Shown: in pieces, positions 14,741 to 23,094 of the stretch
Layout: each line of letters begins with the position of its first letter
How positions within the stretch are numbered: the first letter of the stretch is position 1
Assembly (NCBI GenBank): GCA_020435025.1
Contig: JAGRAG010000091.1
Location: 1 to 33,654 of the forward strand
Length of the DNA: 33,654 nucleotides
Source of the DNA: Bdellovibrionales bacterium
GTDB taxonomy: Bacteria > Bdellovibrionota > Bdellovibrionia > Bdellovibrionales > UBA1609
Direction: 5' to 3'
Program-made: the position numbers and the translations under genes
Notes under the pieces: generated by a model
What the model saw: only the letters and a program-made list of their open reading frames with translations
What the model was told of the DNA's origin: nothing
The model's database searches: none

Positions 14741-15796
14741 GTGAGCGCCATCAAGTACTTAAGCATTCTTCTCTATTTCATAGCAATCTTCATTGCACAG
14801 ATCGGATCTGCGAACGAACAGAACCAAAGATCGCTCGTTTTGTCCGTTGATCCTGCGTGTCCCATCAAAAGAGATTCGATTCAGCACCTACCAACACCTG
14901 TGATCGCTATAGATCACTCCAATCAAACGGTCCATTTTGAACTGCGGCTTCCGATTCCAGAGGATATGCCGCAGGACCAGATTCCATTTTCGTCAGTTCA
15001 ACTGACACTTTTGAAAGATGATGAGACTGTGAAGCCCAAATTTACTCTAAAAAGAGCTTCACCTAATATTTTGTTATTTAAAGGTTCTTTTTTATACAAG
15101 TGGGTTCCTCCTCTTAGGAAACAGGCTCACTCTTTGTACTTTTTGGTAGATTTTCCAGAACCTATGAAAAGCTATTCGACTTCATTTTTGACCTACGTTC
15201 TTCACCCAAAGGGAGTCGTGCGACTGTTTGATTACTCTCAAGCTTGTCATGTCAGCTTCCCTCCTAGAGTGATCTCAAAAGCCTATGTCAATCGAGCGCA
15301 GTTTGGAAATCAGGACCTTGATTTTGGTGAAAGCCATGAATCCAGTCAGTGGTCCTATAAGGAGGATCTTGCAGGAATTTTGGAACTTAATCACTTTCGT
15401 GGTCGTTCTCTGGGTTCCATGGGCGTGGCTCAATCGCAACTTCAATTTTATTCAAGACATCGTTACACATCTATGAAGCAAAATCGCTTTGCTGTAGATC
15501 TGATTTTTCGCATTCCTGAAAATCTCTTTGGATATATCATACAACATGAGACCTTCCGCTATGTTCCTTATGCCGATATCCGTTTTTCAAATTGTGGTCA
15601 CTTAGAAATATCAGAAAAATTCCCATATCAGGATTGGCAAGCGGAACCACTGAAATCACATAGCTTACTGACGGTTGAGCCTCAGTATGTTGATAGCTGG
15701 GATTATATCGAAAATAGATTATTAGAGTATCCAATTATAAATGAATGTCGAGGACAAGAAAATGAACCAGATTTATCTCGTAACAGTACTAATTAG
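14741..15796 (+). CDS. Secreted protein of unknown function (paralog A of a tandem pair)
   Basis: GTG start 1 nt after the upstream stop. Signal peptide ...FIAQIGSA|NE. It shares Cys-anchored motifs with the next gene (QACHVSFPPRVISKAYVN; SNCGH). Confidence 0.5.
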   Translation: MSAIKYLSILLYFIAIFIAQIGSANEQNQRSLVLSVDPACPIKRDSIQHLPTPVIAIDHSNQTVHFELRLPIPEDMPQDQIPFSSVQLTLLKDDETVKPKFTLKRASPNILLFKGSFLYKWVPPLRKQAHSLYFLVDFPEPMKSYSTSFLTYVLHPKGVVRLFDYSQACHVSFPPRVISKAYVNRAQFGNQDLDFGESHESSQWSYKEDLAGILELNHFRGRSLGSMGVAQSQLQFYSRHRYTSMKQNRFAVDLIFRIPENLFGYIIQHETFRYVPYADIRFSNCGHLEISEKFPYQDWQAEPLKSHSLLTVEPQYVDSWDYIENRLLEYPIINECRGQENEPDLSRNSTN

Positions 15797-16793
15797 TTTT
15801 ATAGCTGTGACCTTTCCCGTCAGCGCGGACCTTCAAGTCGAGTTGGGCGTGCGGACAGAGTCTTGTCGCAAAGGGACTCTGTACGGTCTTAAAGAAAAGC
15901 AAAAGGTCAAAATGGCGGTGCGCGTGCCCAACGCTAACTCTGGAACCCTTCTTTATCGTTATTGGTTTTCAAATGATGGTTTTAAAATTTCTCCAAGGAA
16001 ATTTAAGGAATTGATCACCCAAGCTCAAAAAGGGACATCAAAGAACACATATGAATTTGAAATCCCAGAAATGAAAGAGAGTTTATCGGTCGCTCATATC
16101 ACCTTGGGAGTCGTCGTTTCAAACTCCTCAACTGGCGAAAAGGGCCATGCCTCTTATCGATATCCTGTCACCAGAGATCTCAAGTTTACTCTAAATGCGA
16201 ATCAGAAAATGGCGTGTCGACAAGTTTATCCTACGGAACCCATTCGTAGTATTTACTTCAATCAGAACGATACCGATATGCACTTGACGATCTCTGATGC
16301 TGAACAGCAGTTGCAGTCAGAAGAAGATCAGAAGTCTTCTGGTTGGAGTTTTTCTCCAAGCTTCTTTTTTAGCAACTTTGGCTTCAGCCTATTTGGATAC
16401 TCCAGTACGTATTTAAAAGGGATCACCGAGCAAACCAACCAAACCGTACTTGTGCAAGTGGAGCATCAGCTCAGCCCAGGTGATTCGGCTTTTATTTATC
16501 GACAGAAGACACGAATGAAAGAAGAGTACTTTGTTGACTGGGTAAACGAGTGTGGACAGTCACAGCAAGTGGGTTCTGCTTATATTGATTCATGGAAAAC
16601 AGTCTATAATGTGATTAAAGTGGATCCTTTGATGGAAAATCCGTATCACTCGAAAGCCTATGGCGAAGAGGTCGATAACACCTGTCGTGAGATAGATCAG
16701 TTTCCGCAATTTGATTTTTCAGAAGCGGAGTTCGAAAGCGATGATTCGACAGATCCTTTTGGAAACCCAGTTTTTTTCGATAGTTCTAGATGA
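15762..16793 (+). CDS. Secreted protein of unknown function (paralog B of a tandem pair)
   Basis: I prefer ATG 15762 (MNQIYLVTVLISFIAVTFPVSA|DL) over the track start 15741. It has motifs MACRQVYPTEPIRSIYFN and NECGQ matching paralog A. Its stop overlaps the next ATG (ATGA). Confidence 0.5.
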   Translation: MNQIYLVTVLISFIAVTFPVSADLQVELGVRTESCRKGTLYGLKEKQKVKMAVRVPNANSGTLLYRYWFSNDGFKISPRKFKELITQAQKGTSKNTYEFEIPEMKESLSVAHITLGVVVSNSSTGEKGHASYRYPVTRDLKFTLNANQKMACRQVYPTEPIRSIYFNQNDTDMHLTISDAEQQLQSEEDQKSSGWSFSPSFFFSNFGFSLFGYSSTYLKGITEQTNQTVLVQVEHQLSPGDSAFIYRQKTRMKEEYFVDWVNECGQSQQVGSAYIDSWKTVYNVIKVDPLMENPYHSKAYGEEVDNTCREIDQFPQFDFSEAEFESDDSTDPFGNPVFFDSSR

Positions 16794-17812
16794 TGGATTG
16801 TATTCAGATGCCTTTGCTGTTTTTGAAATCAACACTCCTGTTTTTTGGATTTTTAGGAGTCCCAACACCTCTTCATGCTCAGAGTTTTATTTCACCACCG
16901 CCTTTGGCCTTAAAGAAATATGATCCTGAGCATCGGATTGGGGTGCCGCTCACTTCACAAGCCTTTCGTTATGATCATTCGGTTCGTTTGATTCCTTCAG
17001 ATCATGATCCTTTAGGTGAGTCGACTTCGGCTCGTTTGCTGATGCAAATGTATCATTTAGGGGTTCGCCACATTGTTGTAGAAATTCCCAGTCTATTAAA
17101 AAGATCCTCCTCGCGCATCTACTTTGGTAATCAGTGGCGACCAGGAAGTCCGAAGGGTTTTTCTGTCTTCGTTGCTCAGGCAAAGAGTTTAAACATCGAA
17201 ATCACATTGGCACTGAAGACCTACGATGAAAGTGACGAAGTTATTTACTCTTTGTCTGAAGAACTTCGCGAATCGACTTTACAATCTTATGTGATATTTC
17301 TTCGGGCCTATGCCCAACTGGCAGAAAAAATTGGTATTGAAGAGGTTTCCATAGGCACGTTATTAGCAGACCTACCTTGTGATAACCGTTTGGGCTTTGA
17401 ACGGATTCTTCAACAAATCTCAGCTTGGTACCAGGGGCGGTTGCGAATGGATTTTTCAGATGAATTTCATTTCATTCGATCCTATAAATGTCTTAAGCAA
17501 AATTCTTCTCTGTTTTCAAGTTTTGCGATTCACAATTCTCCTGTAGCCACTGTATCAATACCTTGGAGTGCCCTACTTCCTTCTCAGACGCTTCTTTTTG
17601 AGGTGCCCTTAATAGGTCTCTATGCCCAACAAAAGAAGGTATTTTCGGAAATGACAGACTTCTGGGAAAAGGCCTTACACAAAGATCAATGGCAATTGGT
17701 GTTTGGCTCCTTTTATGCGGATCGAATGAGAGGTGGTCCCTATGATGAAAGCGATGCACTGAATTCCAAAAAAATTCTTGAGGATCTTGAGCAATGGTAT
17801 CTAAAGCACTAG
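16790..17812 (+). CDS. Secreted TIM-barrel hydrolase-like protein, apparently degenerate paralog of 13423-14739
   Basis: Signal peptide, then the same order of segments as the 13423 gene: LGVRHIVVEIP versus LGANHIILNP, and IGIEEVSIGTLLADL versus AQIEEFTIGAELYSM. The candidate acid/base Glu position is Leu here. The similarity is weak and judged by eye. Confidence 0.4.
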   Translation: MMDCIQMPLLFLKSTLLFFGFLGVPTPLHAQSFISPPPLALKKYDPEHRIGVPLTSQAFRYDHSVRLIPSDHDPLGESTSARLLMQMYHLGVRHIVVEIPSLLKRSSSRIYFGNQWRPGSPKGFSVFVAQAKSLNIEITLALKTYDESDEVIYSLSEELRESTLQSYVIFLRAYAQLAEKIGIEEVSIGTLLADLPCDNRLGFERILQQISAWYQGRLRMDFSDEFHFIRSYKCLKQNSSLFSSFAIHNSPVATVSIPWSALLPSQTLLFEVPLIGLYAQQKKVFSEMTDFWEKALHKDQWQLVFGSFYADRMRGGPYDESDALNSKKILEDLEQWYLKH

Positions 17813-19470
17813 GCGTACTCTTTTTGATCTTTGCGTTTGTAACTTCTACGATGGTATTCGGGACGCCGTCTATTTCTCAGCAAGCTCTGTCTGTTTGTGT
17901 TTATTACGATGCTCCCGTGGATCGTCCGAATTATCAGCTCGGCCACATTTATGCAGTGATGATGCGCAATCTTCTTGGTCACTTTCAAGAAGTTCAACCC
18001 AAACTCATTCCTATTCGTGAGTATCAGTCTCGAAGCCTTTTTGGATGTGATCGAGTGGCCTATTTTGGAAGTTATTACGACTCTCCAACTCCTGAGTCAT
18101 TCTATAACGATCTCAGTCTGTACAAGCGGCCGGTTCTCTGGTCAGGGTACAACATTTGGAATTTGCAGACGTTTATGGGTCCATCGGCATTTTCTAGAAA
18201 AACGGGATTCGAGTTCTTAAGGCTCTTTCAGTATTCAAAGAAACCAAATCCTCCTGTTACGGAGGCGGGCTTTTACAAGTATTTCGACTATAAAGGGCAG
18301 AGGTTTCACAAACTCGATCAAATAGACCATCGATTTCGAAAACACCACTCTCATGTGGAAATAGGTTTGATAAAAAAGGAGTTGGCCGAGGTCTTGTCAT
18401 GGGCAGAAGACAATCATACAGGTTTAAGAACTCCGTATATTACAGCGTACAACGACTTTTTCTATGTTGCAGATATTCCCTTCTCCTACATTCATGAATC
18501 GGATCGCTATTTAATTTTTAGTGACTTGCTTTTTGATTTTTTAAAACTGCCACCAAGACATTCTGTCAAGAAAGCTTTGGTACGTATCGAGGATATTCAT
18601 CCCAGCACCGATCTTCGCCTTTTGTATTTAACACTTTCAAAGTTTAAAAAATACCACATTCCCTTTTTAATTTCAGTGATCCCAAAGTTCGTAGATCCTT
18701 TTGGCTACCTAACAGGGGTTCCTCAATCTAAAACACTCAAACAGAACCCACCCTTAGTAAAAGCCTTGCGATATGCAGAAAATCTTGGTGGAGAATTCGT
18801 GCTTCATGGGTTCACCCATCAGTTAGATCAACAACTTAATTGTGAGACCGGGGCTTCTGGTAGTGATCATGAGTTCTGGGATGGTTGTCTTCGTCGTCCC
18901 TTGGCCTTTGAATCAGAGACCTGGGTCTTAGAGAGAATCTATAAAGCGATCGACCATCTTCATGACGCCGGTTTGGAGTATGTTGCCTGGCTCCCTCCCC
19001 ATTACGAAGCATCACCTCTAGCTTATAAGATGTTTGCTAAGGTCTTTCCAGCAACCATTCAAAGAGTGCGTTACACGCCGGATGGAGCTGATCCAGGCAA
19101 TCCTGCTCATTGGGGCGGTCAATTTTTTCCTTACGAAATCTATCAAGACTATTATGGACAAAGAATATGGCCGGAAAATTTGGGAAATGTACGGATCTCT
19201 GATAAAAAGGAAAGGGATATTCACGTTCGTTCAACAGAAGACATCCTGGAATCCATTCGATTGAACTCCGTCATACGAGACAGTTGGGCCTCATTTTTCT
19301 GGCATTCACAGATCGTCGATACGGAAGAGGGCCTTGCCAGTCTGGATCGCATCCTTAAAGAAATTCACAAATACGGCTATCAGTTTGTCTCCTTATCAGA
19401 ACTCAATCAGATTTCACCGACAAACCCATCGCATCACCTCCTTCCACCCCCACCCACAAAAAAACCCTAA
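17794..19470 (+). CDS. Two-domain secreted protein: unknown N-terminal domain plus DUF2334-type polysaccharide-deacetylase-like domain; Pro-rich tail
   Basis: Signal peptide MVSKALGVLFLIFAFVTSTMVFG. The C-terminal half carries ALVRIEDIHPSTD ... IPFLISVIPKF ... EFVLHGFTHQ ... HEFWDG, which resembles the (D/E)D-H-H pattern of DUF2334/CE4-like deacetylases as I recall them. It ends ...HHLLPPPPTKKP and overlaps the upstream gene by 19 nt. Confidence 0.5.
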   Translation: MVSKALGVLFLIFAFVTSTMVFGTPSISQQALSVCVYYDAPVDRPNYQLGHIYAVMMRNLLGHFQEVQPKLIPIREYQSRSLFGCDRVAYFGSYYDSPTPESFYNDLSLYKRPVLWSGYNIWNLQTFMGPSAFSRKTGFEFLRLFQYSKKPNPPVTEAGFYKYFDYKGQRFHKLDQIDHRFRKHHSHVEIGLIKKELAEVLSWAEDNHTGLRTPYITAYNDFFYVADIPFSYIHESDRYLIFSDLLFDFLKLPPRHSVKKALVRIEDIHPSTDLRLLYLTLSKFKKYHIPFLISVIPKFVDPFGYLTGVPQSKTLKQNPPLVKALRYAENLGGEFVLHGFTHQLDQQLNCETGASGSDHEFWDGCLRRPLAFESETWVLERIYKAIDHLHDAGLEYVAWLPPHYEASPLAYKMFAKVFPATIQRVRYTPDGADPGNPAHWGGQFFPYEIYQDYYGQRIWPENLGNVRISDKKERDIHVRSTEDILESIRLNSVIRDSWASFFWHSQIVDTEEGLASLDRILKEIHKYGYQFVSLSELNQISPTNPSHHLLPPPPTKKP

Positions 19471-19618
19471 TAACCAACTGTAAGCAAAGGAGGCTGTTTG
19501 AGGGTTTTAGTTTTGAAATAGTGCGCCATTTTTTTAAAATTTTAAAGAAGAGGTCGCCGTTCTAAGATGATTTCTTTTAATCACTTGCAATTATCTCCTA
19601 TTTAAGTACCTTTCTTAC

Positions 19619-20968
19619 ATGTCTAATCACATTGAATATATAAAGGGACGTTTAGATGAAGTCAGTCCCACTCATTGTTTGGTCAAGTGGAAGCACGCCA
19701 GTGTCTATTTAGCAGCCGGAACTGTGAAGAGCTGCTGTCACAATTTTTATAGTAATAAGAAATCGACAATCAATGATTCCAACTTGGCCTTTCATGATAC
19801 CGAAAAAGACCAAAAGATCCGTGAGGAGCTTTTACAGGGTCAAAAACCAAAAGAGTGTGATTTTTGTTGGAACAATGAAAAAACGGGAAGTTATAGCGAT
19901 CGACTTTTTTGGAGCAGTCTGTCTTTTATGCGCGATTTTGTAGACGAGGTGGCCGAACATCAATCTCCTAAAGCCTTGAGTCCGAGTTGGCTAGAGATCA
20001 ATTTCTCTCCGAAATGTCAGTTGCGTTGTGCTTATTGTGGACCGGAAGTTTCCAGTGCATGGAAAAAAGAAGTCGATGAGTTTGGTCCCTATAAAACAGA
20101 TCCCTATAACGGTGCCATAGACTATCTGATTCGAGAGAACCGCAATCCTTATGAAGAGTCCGGACGGGATGAGTTTCGCGAAGCCTTTTGGAGTTGGTTT
20201 GCTGAAATTTATTTGGGAATTCGACAGATCACAATCACGGGAGGAGAGCCCCTCTTGTCAGAAGACTTTGATAAGCTTTTAGAATGGATTGATGCAAACC
20301 CTCATCCGGAACTTCAGTTGAGTATTAATACCAATCTCTCTCTTCCAGCCCCTGTCTGGGATAAGTATGTTCAAAAGTTCAAACGGCTGCGCAGCGAGGG
20401 TAAATTTCGGAATCTTTTTGTGCATCCCAGCTTAGATACCTGGGGCGAACAGGCCGAGTACATTCGTTATGGCCTGAAGCTTCCGCTATTAAAGAAAAAT
20501 GTAGAATCTTATCTTAAAGAAAATATAGGTGATTTGGTTTTTAGCTGCACTCTTAATTGTATGAGCCTACCTAAATTAATAGATTTTTGGCAGTACGTTT
20601 ATCAGTTAAAAAAAGAGTTTCCTCATCAATATATTTCATCAACATCCGAGCCGTTGCTTTTCCCTGACTTTATGAGAGTGAGCGTTCTGCCGCCTTCTTT
20701 TATAAAATATGTAGATGAAATTCTTGAATTTTTAGAGTCCCAAGGTGAGGTTTTTTCTGATCATGAAAAAAATGGCCTTCGGCGTGTTCGAACTCTTATG
20801 GAGCAGGGAGAAAACCCCGAATTTCATGTGAAGCAGAAAAAGAATTTCTACACCTATTTTAAGGAATACGATCGTAGAAAGAAAACGAACTTTTTACTGA
20901 CCTTTCCAGAAATGCATGAGTTTTGGAAAGAGTGTCAGGCACTCTGTGAACCGTCAAAAAGCCCTTAA
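19619..20968 (+). CDS. Radical SAM enzyme with an additional N-terminal cysteine cluster (twitch/SPASM-like auxiliary cluster domain placed N-terminally?)
   Basis: The canonical CxxxCxxC is CQLRCAYC at residues 133-140 (nt 20015-20038), followed by a GGEPL motif (ITITGGEPLL). The N-terminal ~90 aa carry C20, C39-C40 and C80-x2-C83 (THCLVKW...VKSCCHN...KECDFCWNNEK). Confidence 0.8.
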   Translation: MSNHIEYIKGRLDEVSPTHCLVKWKHASVYLAAGTVKSCCHNFYSNKKSTINDSNLAFHDTEKDQKIREELLQGQKPKECDFCWNNEKTGSYSDRLFWSSLSFMRDFVDEVAEHQSPKALSPSWLEINFSPKCQLRCAYCGPEVSSAWKKEVDEFGPYKTDPYNGAIDYLIRENRNPYEESGRDEFREAFWSWFAEIYLGIRQITITGGEPLLSEDFDKLLEWIDANPHPELQLSINTNLSLPAPVWDKYVQKFKRLRSEGKFRNLFVHPSLDTWGEQAEYIRYGLKLPLLKKNVESYLKENIGDLVFSCTLNCMSLPKLIDFWQYVYQLKKEFPHQYISSTSEPLLFPDFMRVSVLPPSFIKYVDEILEFLESQGEVFSDHEKNGLRRVRTLMEQGENPEFHVKQKKNFYTYFKEYDRRKKTNFLLTFPEMHEFWKECQALCEPSKSP

Positions 20969-21113
20969 TATCTCAATCCTCCTACTTAAACTTCATAAAC
21001 AGCTCCATTTCATTTTAGATTCATATTTTCAGTTTTTTATCCGTCAGTAGGAGTTATGTATTGAATTCTTCCGCTGCTTTTCTACACTGATTCTAAGGGA
21101 AAGGGTCAATCCG

Positions 21114-22928
21114 ATGAAGTCTTTTTATTTCTTTTTTTTAGCATTTTTCATGTATCTGTTTTGTTTGCCTGCAGCAGCTCAGGACCTTTCTTGGAAAGTC
21201 GAAAAGGTTCTTGGTGAGGCCGTGGTGATTCGAGGTCAAAAAGAGCAAATGGCGGTTCCTGATCTTATTTTAGAGGCTGGGGATATGGTTGAGACTCACA
21301 AACGATCTCGTGTACGATTGATCATGGATCAGCACAAACTGTGGATCGGGCCAAAGACACGCTTTAAGATAAGAGATGATGTTGCAACTAATGACAAGCA
21401 AGATAAGTTGCAGCTTTACTATGGAAAGCTACGTGCAAAAGTCCATGCGCCCTCAGCAAAAGAAAAGCAACAGGAAATGGAGGTCCTAACTCCTTCAGCT
21501 GTTTCTGGAGTGCGTGGGACCGAATTTTTTATCAATGTCTCTCCACACAAGGAAAGTGTCTGCACTATTGAAGGACATGTTCACCTGCAAGACCTGAAAT
21601 CGAACACTCATCATTCAGTGAAACCTTATGCTGGGGTTTCAATTCAGCCAGGGACTCACCCTCATTTAAGGGCCATGGATTCTCGAATAATTGCTCAGTG
21701 GAAAGCAGAAACGTCACTAGAAAACGATCATCCTCAGTGGAGTCCGCATTATCAGCAACCTCATTTGAAGGCACACTCATTTCACCCGTCGTTTCATATG
21801 GGGCTGCGCCTTCAATCTGTTGTTGGTCACTCTAACCACCTTGGTTATGGCTCCAGTTTATTGCCTTCGGAGGACAATGTATTTGCCCAAGCCAAGCTGA
21901 TTCCAGAATTTCACTGGGGAAGTGAACATAAGCTTTTTTGGGCGCCGGAATGGCTCTACGCTTATAGCGAAGAAACAATGACGCTCGATAAAAATCCCGC
22001 CATTTCGGAAAGACTTCTTAGTAAGGTTCGTTTACCTGGAGAACTCTACTATCAGGGTCACCGACAGAACTTGAAGTGGACCTTGGGACAACAACGACTT
22101 CATTGGTTAGATGGTTCACTACTGGGGGACAATCTTTGGAGTCTTGATAGTCGATTGTATCCAGCCTTCCGATTGCAAACTCAGTTTTACCCTTATTTTC
22201 TAGATATCTTTCATGCGGCGTCACAAACAGTTCGAGCCTTTTCGGGTAATGAGCCTCTGACAATGAGTGGACTCCATTTGAGCTATTTATCGTGGGCCCA
22301 TTTTTTTGCTCTTCATCGAAATTATGATGAAAGTAAATCCGGGACTTCAAAAGTCCTACAAAATCACAATGTCTGGGATGTGGGTTTATTTTCCAGTCGG
22401 CACTTTGATCAATGGAATTATCAATTTCAATACGTATTACAAAATGGAAAATACTTTCAAGACCAAGTCAGTAAAATCAACGAAGAAAACTATTTTTATC
22501 AAGTGGACCTGGGAGGCTATCTTCATCCTCAATGGCATGTTCATGCCGAAGTCAGTTACTTAGAAGCCAGCCGCAATTTTTTACCCGGCATGGAGAGTCA
22601 ATTTCTACTAGGATACAGTCAGTTGTTGCAACGGACGAACTTGCAACTTCAAAGATTTCGATTGCGATACAGTCAGACGGATTGGCATTTGATTTTAGAC
22701 TGGTATCAAAGTTGGACAAAAGAAGCCTCAGGTGCCTTCGCTAAGTGGTCTGGAGATCATGTCTCGATTGCCGAAGAGTGGAATGCGCGTTGGGTATGGA
22801 ATTATGAGGATCATTCTCAGATTTCTTGGGTGCTAGTGGCGTTGTTTCCTAAAACCGCTCTTTCGTGGGCCACTCCCAATCCAGAAGCGGGTTTGGCTAC
22901 GCAAATTTATTGGCAAACTTCTATATAG
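21114..22928 (+). CDS. Secreted FecR-domain protein fused to a ~400-aa predicted beta-barrel-like C-terminal region
   Basis: Signal peptide ...LFCLPAAA|QD. FecR-domain motifs are present: EAGDMVETHKRSRVRLIMDQHKLWIGPKTRF, YGKLRAKV, TPSAVSGVRGTEFFI, VCTIEGHV. The C-terminal part is rich in alternating aromatic strands (W/Y/H/Q) in the style of a porin. Confidence 0.6.
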   Translation: MKSFYFFFLAFFMYLFCLPAAAQDLSWKVEKVLGEAVVIRGQKEQMAVPDLILEAGDMVETHKRSRVRLIMDQHKLWIGPKTRFKIRDDVATNDKQDKLQLYYGKLRAKVHAPSAKEKQQEMEVLTPSAVSGVRGTEFFINVSPHKESVCTIEGHVHLQDLKSNTHHSVKPYAGVSIQPGTHPHLRAMDSRIIAQWKAETSLENDHPQWSPHYQQPHLKAHSFHPSFHMGLRLQSVVGHSNHLGYGSSLLPSEDNVFAQAKLIPEFHWGSEHKLFWAPEWLYAYSEETMTLDKNPAISERLLSKVRLPGELYYQGHRQNLKWTLGQQRLHWLDGSLLGDNLWSLDSRLYPAFRLQTQFYPYFLDIFHAASQTVRAFSGNEPLTMSGLHLSYLSWAHFFALHRNYDESKSGTSKVLQNHNVWDVGLFSSRHFDQWNYQFQYVLQNGKYFQDQVSKINEENYFYQVDLGGYLHPQWHVHAEVSYLEASRNFLPGMESQFLLGYSQLLQRTNLQLQRFRLRYSQTDWHLILDWYQSWTKEASGAFAKWSGDHVSIAEEWNARWVWNYEDHSQISWVLVALFPKTALSWATPNPEAGLATQIYWQTSI

Positions 22929-23094
22929 GTTTAAGACAAATAAAACGAACGATATAAATAAAAATATTGATAGGAAAACGTGTATCGACTTTTGCCTTAG
23001 GACTATTGCATAGGAAACTTTATATAGCAAAGTTAACAGTCTTTCTTAAAAGAAAAAAATTCAGGCCGGTCGATGGTATACCGATAGGTCTCTT

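Noticed and set aside
19567-19605. 12-codon micro-ORF (MISFNHLQLSPI) just upstream of the radical SAM gene, as a possible RiPP precursor.
   Set aside because: It is very short, has no Cys/Ser/Thr-rich core, has only a weak distant purine tract as RBS, and there is no leader-recognition (RRE) domain or peptidase/transporter nearby. Chance occurrence in AT-rich DNA is more likely.
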